NCBI RefSeq assembly: GCF_046119375.1
Contig: NW_027362771.1
Coordinates: forward strand, 507,656,001-507,720,000
DNA: 64,000 nucleotides
Source: Phyllobates terribilis
Lineage: Eukaryota
Direction: 5' to 3'
Every line of letters begins with the position of its first letter. The first letter of the stretch is position 1. This document shows, piece after piece, positions 1-12,459 of this stretch. The translations under genes and the position numbers were made by a program. The notes under the pieces are model-generated. The model was not told the DNA's origin. It did not search any database and saw only the letters and a list, made by a program, of their open reading frames with translations.

Positions 1-1305
1 TATACTTAACAAAAAAGTGTGAAACAACTGAAAATATGTCTTATATTCTAGGTTCTTCAAAGTAGCCACCTTTTGCTTTGATGACTGCTTTGCACACTCT
101 TGGCATTCTATTGATGAGCTTCAAGAGGTAGTCACCGGAAATGGTTTTCACTTCACAGGTGTGCCCTGTCAGGTTTAATAAGTGGGATTTCTTGCCTTAT
201 AAATGGGGTTGGGACCATCAGTTGTGTTGTGCAGAAGTCTGGTGGATACACAGCTGACAGTCCTACTGAATAGACTGTTAGAATTTGTATTATGGCAAGA
301 AAAAAGCAGCTAAGTAAAGAAAAACGAGTGGCCATCATTACTTTAAGAAATGAAGGTCAGTCAGTCTGAAAAATTGGGCAAACTTTGAAAGTGTCCCCAA
401 GTGCAGTTGCAAAAACCATCAAGCGCTACAAAGAAACTGGCTCACATGAGGAGCGCCCCAGGAAAGGAAGACCAAGAGTCACCTCTGCTTCTGAGGATAA
501 GTTTATCCGAGTCACCAGCCTCAGAAATCGCAGGTTAACAGCAGCTCAGATTAGAGACCAGGTCAATGCCACACAGAGTTCTAGCAGCAGACTCATCTCT
601 TCAACAACTGGTAAGAGGAGACCTTGTGCAGCAGGCCTTCATGGTAAAATAGCTGCTAGGAAACCACTGCTAAGGACAAGCAACAAGCAGAAGAGACTTG
701 TTTGGGCTAAAGAACACAAGGAATGGACAGTAGACCAGTGGAAATCTGTGCTTTGGTCTGATGAGTCCAAATTTGAGCTCTTTGGTTCCAACCACCGTGT
801 CTTTGTGCGATGCAGAAAAGGTGAACGGATGGACTCTACATGCCTGGCTCCCACCGTGAAGCATGGAGGAGGAGGTGTGATGGTGTGGGGTTGCTTTGCT
901 GGTGACACTGTTGGGGATTTATTCAAAATTGAAGGCATACTGAACCAGCTTGGCTACCACAGCATCTTGCAGCGGCATGCTATTCCTTCCGGTTTGCGTT
1001 TTGTTGGACCATCATTTATTTATCAACAGGACAATGACCACAAACACACCTCCAGGCTGTGTAACGGTTATTTGACCAAGACGGAGAGTGATGGGGTGCT
1101 ACGCCAGATGACCTGGCCTCCACAGTCACCAGACCTGAACCCAATTGAGATGGTTTGGGGTGAGCTGGACCGCAGAGTGAAGGCAAAAGGGCCAACAAGT
1201 GCAAAACATCTCTGAGAACTCCTTCAAGATTGTTGGAAGACCATTTCCGGTGACTACCTCTTGAAGCTCATCAAGAGAATGTGTCCAAACTTTTGGTCTG
1301 TACTG
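1..1305 (+). mobile_element. Tc1/mariner element with DD38E transposase (Intruder-type spacing), left end cut by the window
   Basis: The transposase starts at ATG 291 (MARKKQLSKEKRVAII), has an in-frame TGA at 367, and continues as ORF 385-1215 with WSDESKF, QQDND and SPDLNPIE. The D codon is at 1030 and the E codon at 1147, so 38 residues lie between them. The long TIR (~100-150) is inverted to ~1235-1280. The terminus ...GGTCTGTACTG is followed by TA at 1306. Confidence 0.9.
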
Positions 1306-1422
1306 TATATGTGGCAGATGAGAGTGTCCCAATGCCACTACTCGCTCTACACTCTCTGTAGCTATATGTAAATATTAATCTTGGATACCATAAAACTATT
1401 TTTTCCTAATTACTCCACACAG

Positions 1423-1586
1423 TTATGCCCCTGAATGCTACCATATGTCATTGCATCTATTAATGAGACACTATATAGATGATACTTTCTGTAGATTTCT
1501 CAAGTATCACACAGTTTCTAACAAAAGCTCAATTTTTATAGGCCGATTAGACCAGTTAAAGCCTGGGCGAGCATGGAATCCATCAA
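1423..1586 (+). other. Candidate coding exon of an unidentified gene (YAPECYHMSLHLLMRH...GRAWNPS)
   Basis: Acceptor ttttttcCTAATtactccacacAG, donor AA|gtaagc, and 54 open codons (phase 2 in, phase 1 out). No protein family recognised. Confidence 0.4.
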
Positions 1587-2865
1587 GTAAGCTATTACAA
1601 CTTTCATTGCTGCATTTGCATTAATGGAACCCATAGACAAGAATTGTCGAAATCCTGGAAAAAATGAATATATATTTTTTATATTTTCTAAATTCATCAG
1701 TAAAATCTCCTCTGTTTATGAATGGTGTATGTATCTATTTATCTTCACTAGAGTGGGTTAATTGCTTTGATTACAGTTTATCTCTTCCCAGGTTTTTCCA
1801 AAATCACAGTAAAAACACTGTAATTATGCATTGACTTTGGAAAACCATTGCAAATAATGCACCATGATTGTAATGCGTGGACCCCCTTTTACCCCACATT
1901 TATAAAGAGTTATGCTATGTCTTCGATAGTGAGGAAAAGACAGGAAAAGAAGACACAAAAGTGATAGAGATAAGAGCGGAAGACAACAGAGAGGAGAACA
2001 TCGGACTGGGAGTAGAGAGATAGTGAGATATACAGATATTATAGGGTGTATACGACTGTAGATGTTTAATAGTAACTGATGAATGACAGGTTATGGGTAG
2101 AGATTGAAGAAGGTTCAGACTGGGCTTCGTAGGAGATCACACACAGTAGACACAAAGGCCTCCAGTAGACGCCTTGCTGCAATGGCAACCAATCGGCACC
2201 CAACGATCGCCTTGCGTGGGAGGCCGATGGCCATACAAAGTGACAGCCGCCGTGTTAAAGTGAATCAGTTACTGTTGGGTGCCAGCTATGTAACAGCCAT
2301 CACCGGTGCTTCAGGAAGCAGACTCAACTCCTGAGCCTGCTCCATACAGAGATAGTGCGTCCTCATTAAGGGGTTAACCTTCATTCAGCATATCCTACCC
2401 CAGTCTTCATATAACCCTGTGTCCTCTGGATGTCAACGTAGATTATATATGATTTATATGACTTATTGTTTGCGAAGAAAACTGGAGAGAGGAAGAACGA
2501 GAGGAAACAACTATGGAGAGGGAGAATTGGAGTGTGAGTAGGTAAGTGGAGAGTGTGAGACCACAGATATAATGGATGATTATATACATACAATATAGAT
2601 GGTACAATATTATATACTTATAGTTATGGCACTTTCCATTGTGTAATACAAAACCCGGCTGCATATACATAATGATAATTAATGGAGGCAAAAACAAAAG
2701 AGTAGTGAGGTCAGATCCTTTATTCCTGAGCAGTTCAGTACCGTCTATAATGTTGTTCTCCATTTCTATCCCTCCATTCTATCAAATTGCTTGCAGGCAT
2801 GTGACATCAGGGAGGGGCCTAGAACTAATTAGGACCTTTGCAGGTCCCCTTCATCTTCCTCTCCA

Positions 2866-3050
2866 GCACTGATCAGTGCCGGGCAGGAGAGGGAGACTTC
2901 TGTAGCGCTGTCCTGCACTGATCAGTGTCAGGCAGCTCTCTCCTGCACTGATCAGTGTCGGGCAGCTCTCTCCTGCACTGATCAGTGTCGGGCAGCTCTC
3001 TCCTACGCTGATCAGTGTCGGGCAGGAGAGGGAGACTTGTGCAGCTCTCT
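2866..3050. repeat. 30-bp minisatellite (~5 copies)
   Basis: Unit ctgcactgatcagtgtcgggcagctctctc. It explains the repetitive ORFs 2851-3081 and 2873-3163. Confidence 0.85.
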
Positions 3051-3983
3051 TCCTGCACCGGCCTCTCTCTCCCTGCCCCACCTCTCAGGCCAACTTGATT
3101 ACTAGCCCCATTGCAGTCCCTATGGCTGACACGGCTGTAATTCTGCCCCTGTAAAATGGTCAATGAATGTCAAATGGTGAGAAAGGAGATAATGAACAAA
3201 GGGTCACAAAAGGAGCAATAAATGAGTTACTATTGAAGATGCAATGTTCCAGGGATGGGATGGGACACCTACTGAAAATGTGCAGAATTGTACACGGTGT
3301 GTTTTTTTTTGCTGTGTTTTCTGAATTAATTTATAAAAACACTACATCAAATAATGACCATGATTGTATTGTATGAACCCACTTAAACACTCCACATGAT
3401 GGAGCTATTACAAGAATTGTCATTTATGAGAGCACTACTGCATCAAGTCTGTGTTATGTGTCCAGTAGTGAGGAAGAGGAAGAAGAAGTGGTCATGAATG
3501 TAATAACACTAGAGATAGGGGAGGAAGATGGTGTCACAGATAACACCGGACTGTAAGTAGAGAGACTGTAACATATACAGATTATAATAAAAATTGTATA
3601 CAATTGTAGGTACTGTAATAGTAAATGGGGAATGACTTGTTATCACTGGGTAGAGACTGAGGAGGATATAACACATGGCTGTACATATCCCTGGCAGACA
3701 ACGTGAGAAATCGATGAGTGTCAGCTTCATCTCCTCCGCTGATCAGCGTCGGGCAGGAAGAGGGAGACTCCTGTGTCTCTTACTGCACAAGTCTCTCTCT
3801 CCCTACCCGGCTTCTCTGACACTGTAGCAGTCGCTATAGTTGACATGTCATAGTCTTGCCCCTCTAAATGGGTCAGTGAATGTCATTTGTAAAGGAGATA
3901 ATGGACAAAAGGTCAGAAAAGGAGCAACAAATGTCAAATGGTCACAGATATCAGTGCCTTCTAAGTGCCACTTGCTCCTTTAA

Positions 3984-4446
3984 GGCCCCGACACACATAG
4001 CGACGCTACAGCGATCCCGACAACGATACGACCTGTCAGGGATTGTTGCTGCGTCGCTATGTGGTCGCTGGTGAGCTGTCAAACAGGCAGGCTCACAAGC
4101 GATCAGGGGAGCAGCGAGGTTACTGCTCACCGTAGCAGAGTGGTAACCATGATAAACAGTGGGTTACTAAGTGCGCGTGTGCCCCTAGTAACCCGCTGCT
4201 TATCATGGTTACCAGCCTGATCGCTGCTCCCGCTGGTCACACACAGCGATGTGTGCTGACCAACGGGAGAGCAACGACCAAAAAATGGTCCAGGACATTT
4301 TGCAGCGATCAGCGACCTCACAGCAGGGGCCTGATCGCTGCAAAGTGTCTCACATAGCGACATCGCTAGTGAGATCGCTGTTGCGTCACCAAAACCGTGA
4401 CTCAGCAGCGATCTCGCTAGCGATCTCGCTATGTGAGACGGGGGCT
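3984..4446. mobile_element. PIF/Harbinger-like MITE
   Basis: TIR GGCCCCGACACACATAGCGA...TCGCTATGTGAGACGGGGGCT flanked by TAA/TTA. It interrupts a block that is contiguous in the paralogous copy at ~5790-5850. Confidence 0.7.
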
Positions 4447-6969
4447 TTAGTGCCCTTCTGGATTCCCATTTCCAATTTATTGCTCAAACAGCTCCCTACT
4501 CTCACAGAAAAGCACTAAAAAGGGAGAATGAATGGCAAGTGGGCATTAAAGGAGGCACTGAATTCTGTGCCAGTGTGCCATTTATTGCCCCTTTTAGTTA
4601 TGCCATGCATTTTTAGCCAGGGCCCGGTTGCCCTCATTTAATCATCTAAAGCTAAAATGAATCAGTAAAGATTTGTACTTATTGCGCCTCTCTGCCCCGG
4701 TGCCGGAGAAGGAGAAGGCTGCTGTAGTCTTACGTCCTGACTCCAGTCACCAGATACAGACCGGCATGATGTCATCATTGTGCTATATTTTGCTGAATTC
4801 ATTTATAAAAACACTGCAAAAAAACCACCATGATTGTATTGAATGAACCCAAACACTCCACATAAAGAGCGATACAAGAATGGTCATTTATCAGACAGTT
4901 ACTGCATCAAGTCTATGTTATGTGTGCAGCAGTGAGGAAGAGGAGGGAGAAGTAATTATAAATGATATAACACCAGAAATAGGGGAGGAAGATGGTGGCA
5001 AAGAGAACAGCAGAGTGTGAGTAGAGAGATGGAGACATATACAGACATCATAGATTGTATGTGATTGTAGATATTTTAATAGTAAATGGGAAATGACTTG
5101 TTCTCACTGGGTAGAGACTGATGAGGATATAACACATGGCTGTACATATCCCTGGGTATCAGAAGCTGATGGAGGTTAATGATTACAGGGGCCCCTACAC
5201 CAGGATTGTAGTAAACACAATTTTTGGAGCCCCTGTTCTTGCCTAATCTGTCCCGCCTCTCCAATGTGGCAGTGGAACACTAAGTTTTTCCAAATTCATT
5301 TATTAAATGCTTTTTTTCTGTAATAATTTTGGAAAGTCACTGCAAGAAATCCCCATGATTGCATTGTAAGAACTTACGCTATCACTCGCTTATAAAGGAT
5401 TAATTACTATAATGATCATTTAAGAGACAGTTACTGCATCAAGTCTATGTCATGTGTTCAGCAGTGAGGAAGAGGAGGGAGAAGTGGGCATGGAGGATAT
5501 AACACCAAAGATAACAGAGGAAGATGGCGACAGAGATAACACCGGACTGTAAGTAGAGAGACAGTGGCATATACAGATATTATGGGATGTATACGATTGT
5601 AGATGTTTAGTAGTAGCTGATGAATGACTTGTTATCACTGGGTAGAGATGGAGGAACATATAAAACATGGCTGTACATATACACGACTGTAGTTCTGCCT
5701 CAGTAAAGGGGTCAATGAATGTCAGTTGGGGAGAAATAGGGTAATGAACAGAAGTTCACAGAAGGATCCATAAATGGAATAAGGTCACAGAAATCAGTGC
5801 CTCCTATGTGCCCCGTTTGGCCCTTTAGTGCCCTACTGGATGACAATTTCCAGTTTATTGCTCATATAGCACCCAAATGGCACAGAGGAGCATCACAGAG
5901 AATCTGTCAGTAGGATCAACCTTCCTAAGCCGTCCATATTGGCGGATCCAAGGATCCAACATCTGCTTATTTGTAAACCATAATCACTTTCATCCTGCTG
6001 GGTGGCAAAAAAAAAAATTGCAAATATTTTTGTCAGAATTTTGCAGCGTTCACAACAAAAATTTGTGATTTGTCCGAATGTGTGAATGTGCCCTAAGTGT
6101 GCTGCCATGTATTGACCCATTCATTGCTCAGGCCCTTCCATAAAATAAATAAGGTAATCCGGCTTGTACAATTTTTGATTTGTTCAGTGGATATAGGATT
6201 TCTGTATATTGTGCTGATCGAGTTACATGGAGTCTAAAGGGGGTTCCCCATAAACAACATATCCCCTATCCATAGGATATGTTTTAGATTTATGATCTTT
6301 CAGGGGCCGTCCACTCGGACTGTCACTAATCAGACCAGGTTTCCCCAAATTTTTCAGTATGAATGAAGCTTTGCTGAGCATGTGCAACCACTTACTGTCT
6401 ATAGGAGTGGTGGTCGCACATGCTCAGTAATGCTTCCTTAAAACAGGTAATTTTGAGATCCCTGTCTTTGTGATTGGTGGGGGTCCTAGAAAATCGATGT
6501 CTATCTATCCTGTGAACAAGTGATACATGTTGTTTTCAGGACAAGTTCAAAATTCTGCTGGTTTCCTGATACCAGTATGGAAACTGGCATTAAAAGGGTA
6601 TTCCACAGTAAGTGATGGCTTCTTGCTAGGTCATCACTTAATGATGACTGGTTGTCTGACCGCTGGGACCCCCACCAATTCTAAGATTGAAGGGGGCGCA
6701 GCGCTACATCCTCTTCAAGGGTGGGTCCGAAGATCGGATAACAGGCGATATCACGACAAGCCCTTACAGGAATGGGATCAATTCCTGATATGGGATCGTG
6801 GGTTTATGAGGACAGTTTAGTTCAGGAAAAGGACATCTACTAGTCAGGGACAAGTCGTGATTATGACTGTAAAACAGGAAAAAAATTATAAAACTGCATT
6901 GTGTAAATGACAAGAAAACCCATAACTCAAATTCCCATTAATTTGTCTTTTTTCCGGTTTCTTGTGCAG

Positions 6970-7124
6970 AAAGGGTTTGATGTTTTTTTGCATCCATGAT
7001 TTTCAACACTCTGGATCTGATGGAAAACAAAACTTTCTTGAAAAAACTAAAGTTTGGCACTGGAGATGGCAATTTGCAATATTACTTATTCAACTGGAGA
7101 TGCCCAGCTATGGAGTCTGAAAAG
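6970..7124 (+). pseudogene. Isolated, frameshifted exon of a glycylpeptide N-myristoyltransferase (NMT1/NMT2) gene
   Basis: Reads KGFDV-[17-nt insertion][41 protein letters not shown], matching the NMT C-terminal segment ([40 protein letters not shown]). Acceptor cttgtgcAG, donor AAG|gtgcga. 155-17=138 nt = 46 codons. Confidence 0.85.
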
Positions 7125-7634
7125 GTGCGAATATACCTACAATGGACAGGAACATCTCACCCAGAAGCTGAGATACAGGGAGATGTTTAATGGGATCCTC
7201 GCACTGTAGAATTGCCTTAATTGTCCCCATCTTGTTGCTGAATTTTAGGAGACATAAGGTCACAATTTTTTGTTTTCCAGGGTTGAGGAACTCCAAAAAA
7301 TATTTTGTTTTCCTGAAAGCATTTATTTCACCTCAACCTCCTCTTCACATACTGACATCAGATAATTAGAATTATACGTTTGGGAAGAAGAGACAGGGCT
7401 TTATCTCTGGCTGGGCGATAATTAAAGGGGATGTCCCACCGTTAAATCAGTATTTTTAACTATCTAGTTAAGAATCACATTAATTTGCATTGTATAGTGC
7501 CACCTGGTGTTGAAAGTGTATGGCAATGTGCACGTCCACCTACTGAGCTGAGTGTTGGTGGTCACACATGCTCAGTCACTCTCCCCACAGCTTGGTGACT
7601 GCTTGTCAGGGAAGGAGCAGAGCCTCTGCAGTAA

Positions 7635-8260
7635 CCTATCTGCCAGAAATGGAAGGAGTCCAATTCTGTGCAAAGGGAGGACCTATGAACACAGATTAGC
7701 AGCAGAACATGACAAATATATGAAAGCAAAATGATGATACGAAATCCTGATGCTGGAAACATGCTAAATTACTATCAAATAGCTGCTAGCTGCCTTCCAA
7801 GAATATTATCAGCTGCCAGAAGTGGAAGGAGTCCATGTCTATCCAAAGTTGTGGCTCTAGCAGTACAGATTAGCAGCAGAACATAAGAGATACATGAAAG
7901 TCAAATAAAAGATACACAATCAGTATGCTAGAAACATGCTAAATTATTATAAAACAGCTGCTATCTGCCTTCCAATACCATTATCAGCTGCCAGAGGTAG
8001 AAGGAGTCCATGTTTGTCCAAAGTTGAGGCTCTAGCAGTACAGATTAGCAGCAGAACATAAGAAGTACATGAAAGTATAATAAAGATCCACAATCCTGAT
8101 GCTAGAAACATCCTAAATTACTATAAAACAGCTGTTAATTGCCTTTTTTACTAAAATTAATAGCTGCCAGAAGTGGAAGGAGAACGATTTTGTCCAGTAT
8201 GTTGCCCTAGGTGCACAGATTAGCAGCCACACTAATGGGGACACATGGAAATCAAAAAAC
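7635..8260. repeat. ~175-bp tandem repeat (~3.7 copies)
   Basis: The motif acagattagcagc recurs at 7691, 7865, 8040 and 8215. Confidence 0.85.
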
Positions 8261-10966
8261 GATGAAAAATGTATTATTTTTTAGAGAAAGTTTGCAAATT
8301 ACTTTAAAATGACTAATAATGAAGCCCCTGCACCCCCTTGTCTTTTGAGAATCATCTGTACTTTGCTTTTTTTTTCTCTTTTTGGGTCGGCCTGGTGTTA
8401 CAGTAAACTCCGCCATAGTAGACCGCCTCAGTCATTGGAGCTGCTCTTCAGAGGAGACAAGCACAAAGTGAAGAAGATGCTGGAGCCACCAGGTGGTGTG
8501 AAGGAAAGGAGGCAGCAGCCTGGGCAGCTTTGCCACCACACAGAGATCGTCGTCGTCATGTCCTCCTGGCGTACATCCTTTATTTACAGGGCTAAAAGCA
8601 ACACAAAATATCTGTCCCACAAAGAGATAATACAGAAGCACAAGTTCCTTTAAGCTTGGAAAGATCTAACTTTGCAAGGACATGATAGATCATTTGGTCT
8701 TCTCGTCACCATTGTTTTGCTTTGTTATTTTTCTATACGGATCTGACTCCGGATTGCATGTGAAACAAACTTTTCCGATTTGGCAATGCACCTTCGAATG
8801 TAGCGTCTCAACCATGTGATTATCAAAGGGCCAAAAATAAGTCACTGTACAATGGATCTCAGGACTATTCTTGCGAGCGAGTGTGAGGTTAGAGTAAATA
8901 CGAAACATCCATGGAGTGATCGCAGTGTCGCCTTCTTATCCTTTTCCCCTGCAAAAGTATTCCTTCCTTTCAGGTCTTTAAGTAAAGCGTATTTGAAATA
9001 AAAAAGATAGAAATTTCACTTTATTGTCAAATATTACTATAATGTGAGACTGTCAAACCCTGTATTAGATGATCTTCTGTGACTGTGTCCCCATGACAAC
9101 CCTTCTTGCCCCAATGCTAAAGGCAGTACTTTATCTTTGGGCATCATAGAAGATCTGGGTAAAAAAAATAAATAAATCTGAATTCTGACTGGTAACAATG
9201 AGGCCCTGTGTTACTGTCAGATGGTCAAGAAGTGTTATCATGGGGACACACATAATATCTTATCACAGACTGGATTGTGGATACTGGGAGTTTTCTGTTA
9301 AAGGGAAGCTGTCATCTCACTTGTGCTGTCTGATCCGCAGGCAGAATGAATCAGACACCGTGTGTTACTGCAGCCGTGTGTGTTTTACTCTGAAACGCTG
9401 CAGCATCTGAGAAAGAATAGTTTGAAAAGTCGGCCGGGGACCATGTGTCTGAGATGACTAGTCCAAGGCAGGTCCTGGTGGCTTCTGGCCTCCCTGATCC
9501 CTTTGACAAGTCTCTCCTATTACACACACATAGAGAGACCTGTCAGTCTAGGGGAACGGGGGTGGGGAGGAGCTGCCAGAGTCCGATACTTGGACTAGTC
9601 ATCTGAGACACACAGTCCCCTGCCGACTTTTCAAACTGTTTTGTCTGACGCCGCGTAAAACCTACACGGCTGCTGTAACACACAGTGTCTGATTCATGCT
9701 ACAGTGCTTCAGACAGTACAAGTCAGATGATAGGCTCCTTATAACAAGGTCAACAAACAAAACAAAGTCACGTGCTGACTTATGCAACTTACAGTATATC
9801 CAGTAGATAGTACTCATATGAACAAAGTGTAAACTTTAAACTGGGTCGTCCAGTTTTGGCGGAAGCTGCAGTGATTGTCGAATACTAACAGTGTGAAATA
9901 TACACACTGTTAGGATTCGGCTCCGTTTATCGATTTCAGCGGTCATCATGTGATCTGCACACTTGAGGTCACATTCCGACTAGATTCTCATCTGCTACTC
10001 TCAATAGGACACTGAGCGAAGTGAATGAGAATATAGTCGGCACGTGACTGCAAATATGGAAATCACAGAATAGCCATGACTACACGAATGCTGAAACCCG
10101 AATCCTAACAGTGAGTACATTGCACAATGTTTGGAATCTGGCTAGCTGCATCATATGCTGAAAACTCTGCAAAAGCTGGACAACCCCTTTAACATTACAC
10201 AATGTAGGCTGTAAATTTGTGTCATTGTTACAGCAAAACGGTTGTCCAGCTAACCAATAAAAGTTGTTTTAAAGTGAAGACAAAATGATAACATTTACTA
10301 ATGTAATTTACTTTTAAAGGGTTAAAGGGGAGCGATTATCACAAAATTACTATTGTTTAAATCAGAATTTTGTGTTAAATGTATTTTGTTTAAATTTTTG
10401 GCAATTATTTTTTTTTTTTCACCTATCACAATCTGTCTCAAAAATTCAAAATAGAAATCTTGCAATTCTCACACCGGCCACTGGGGCTTTTTTCATCTCA
10501 TACTTTCTGTTGTTAAAGGGAAACAACACATGTACATTAGCAACAAGGGTGCCTTATAAATTTTACGTACCAAAAACGCACTAAAAACCTGCGTTTTTGA
10601 CGTAGCTTCTTTCCTGCCAAGAGATCAGGTTTTGCTGCAGAAAAAAAACGCTGAAAAAACACAATGTGTGAACATAACCTTAGACAGCAGTAATGTTTTT
10701 TTCCATTATGTCTAGCACCTTGCACTTTTCTTATTGATACTGCTCCTTACTGGTTTTCCATAGATTTTGGCCTTTGCTAATATCAGACTGTTCATATTGT
10801 TATGTTCAGATGTTATTCACATTTTGTGATAGTTCAGGTTCTCCCTGCTATTTTATTATATACATTTTTAATATATTTTCTAAATAAAATTGATATTTTT
10901 TATATATTTAGAGCATATGTCTCTTCTTGAACCTGTTGAATAATTCTCAGGCTGTGAGGTTATATA

Positions 10967-11808
10967 CACTGCTCAAAAAAAATAAAGGGAACACTCAAAT
11001 AACACATCCTAGATCTGAATGAATGAAATATTCTCATTGAATACTTTGTTCTGTACAAAGTTGAATGAGCTGACAACAAAATCACACACAAATCATCAAT
11101 GGAAATCAAATTTATTAACCAATGGAAGCCTGGATTTGGAGTCACCCCCAAAATTAAAGTGGAAAAACACACTACAGGCTGATCCAACTTTGATGTAATG
11201 TCCTTAAAACAAGTCAAAATGAGGCTTAGTATTGTGTGTGGCATCCACGTGCCTGTATGACCTCCCTACAACGCCTGGGCATGCTCCTGATGAGGGTGCG
11301 GATGGTCTCCTGTGGGATCTCCTCCCAGACCTGGACTAAAGCATCTGCCAACTCCTGGACAGTCTGTGGTGCAACATGACGTTGGTGGATGGAGCGAGAC
11401 ATGATGTCCCAGATGTGCTCAATCGGATTCAGGTCTGGGGAACGGGCGGGCCAGTCCATAGCTTCAATACCTTCATCTTGCAGGAACTGCTGACACACTC
11501 CAGCCACATGAGATCTGGCATTGTCCTGCATTAGGAGGAACCCAGGGCCAACCGCACCAGCATATGGTCTCACAAGGGGTCTGAGGATCTCATCTCGGTA
11601 CCTAATGGCAGTCAGGCTACCTCTGGCGAGCACATGGAGGTCTGTGCGGCCCTCCAAAGAAATGCCACCCCACACCATTACTGACCCACTGCCAAACCGG
11701 TCAAGCTGAAGGATGTTGCAGGCAGCAGATCGCTCTCCATGGCGTCTATAGACTCTGTCACGTCTGTCACATGTGCTCAGTGTGAACCTGCTTTCATCTG
11801 TGAAGAGC
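10967..11808 (-). mobile_element. Tc1 (DD34E) element, 3' half
   Basis: TA then TIR CACTGCTCAAAAAAAATAAAGGGAACAC at 10967. Minus ORF 11226-11678 has MVWGGIS, MQDNAR and SPDLNPIE with 34 residues between D and E. It is truncated at ~11808 by another repeat. Confidence 0.9.
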
Positions 11809-12457
11809 CTGATCTATCAATATAAAAAAAGAATTAATCCGATCGGTAAACGGCGTAACGAGAAAAAAATTCTAAACGCCAGAACTACATTTTTTGGTCG
11901 CCGCAACATTGCAATAAAATGCAATAATGGGCAATCAAAACATCGGATCTATCCCAAAATGGTATAAATAAAACTTCAGCTCGGTGCGCAAAAAATAAGC
12001 CCTCACCCGGCCCCAGATCCCGAAAAATGGAGATGCTACAGGTCTTAGAAAATGGCGCTATATATTTTTTTTTTACCAAACTTTGAAATTTTTTTTCACC
12101 ACTTAAATAAAAAAGAACCTAAACATGTTTGGTGTCTACGAACTCATAATGACCTGGAGAATAAAAATGGCAGGTCAGTTTTAGCATTCAGTGAACGTGG
12201 TAAAAAAAATGAAAAAAAAACATCTGTGGTATTGCACTTTTTTTGAAATTTCACCGCACTTGGAATTTTTTTCCTGTTTTCCCGTACAAGATATGGTAAA
12301 ACTAGTAATGGCGTTGAAAAGTGCAACTCGTCCCACAAAAAATAAGCCCTCACATGGCCATATTGACCAAAAAATAAAAACGCTATGGCTCTGGGAACAA
12401 GGGGAGCAAAAAATTAAAATGCAAAAATGGAAAATCCCAGGGTTGCGAAGGGGTTAA
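11809..12457. mobile_element. Non-autonomous DNA transposon end, TTAA-flanked (piggyBac-like, superfamily uncertain)
   Basis: Ends ...GTTGCGAAGGGG|TTAA. AT-rich body of a common repeat type. Related pieces lie at ~2130-2378 and ~15826-16806. Confidence 0.5.
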
Positions 12458-12459
12458 AG

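Larger units (their letters stand above)
1790..5880 (+). repeat. Local tandem segmental duplication, 4 diverged copies of an acidic exon-like module
   Basis: Homologous blocks ...agtgaggaagag...aacaccggact|gtaagtagagag... end at 2007, 3552, 5016 and 5548 and share downstream sequence. A second shared block lies at ~3120-3230, ~3840-3980 and ~5680-5880. Confidence 0.75.

Noticed and set aside
8309-8653. 114-aa ORF with an acceptor-like tgttacAG at ~8403, and an antisense CVAFSP...GGHDDDDL resembling a WD40 repeat
   Set aside because: No donor or further exons, no convincing family match in any frame, and the WD-like similarity is too short.
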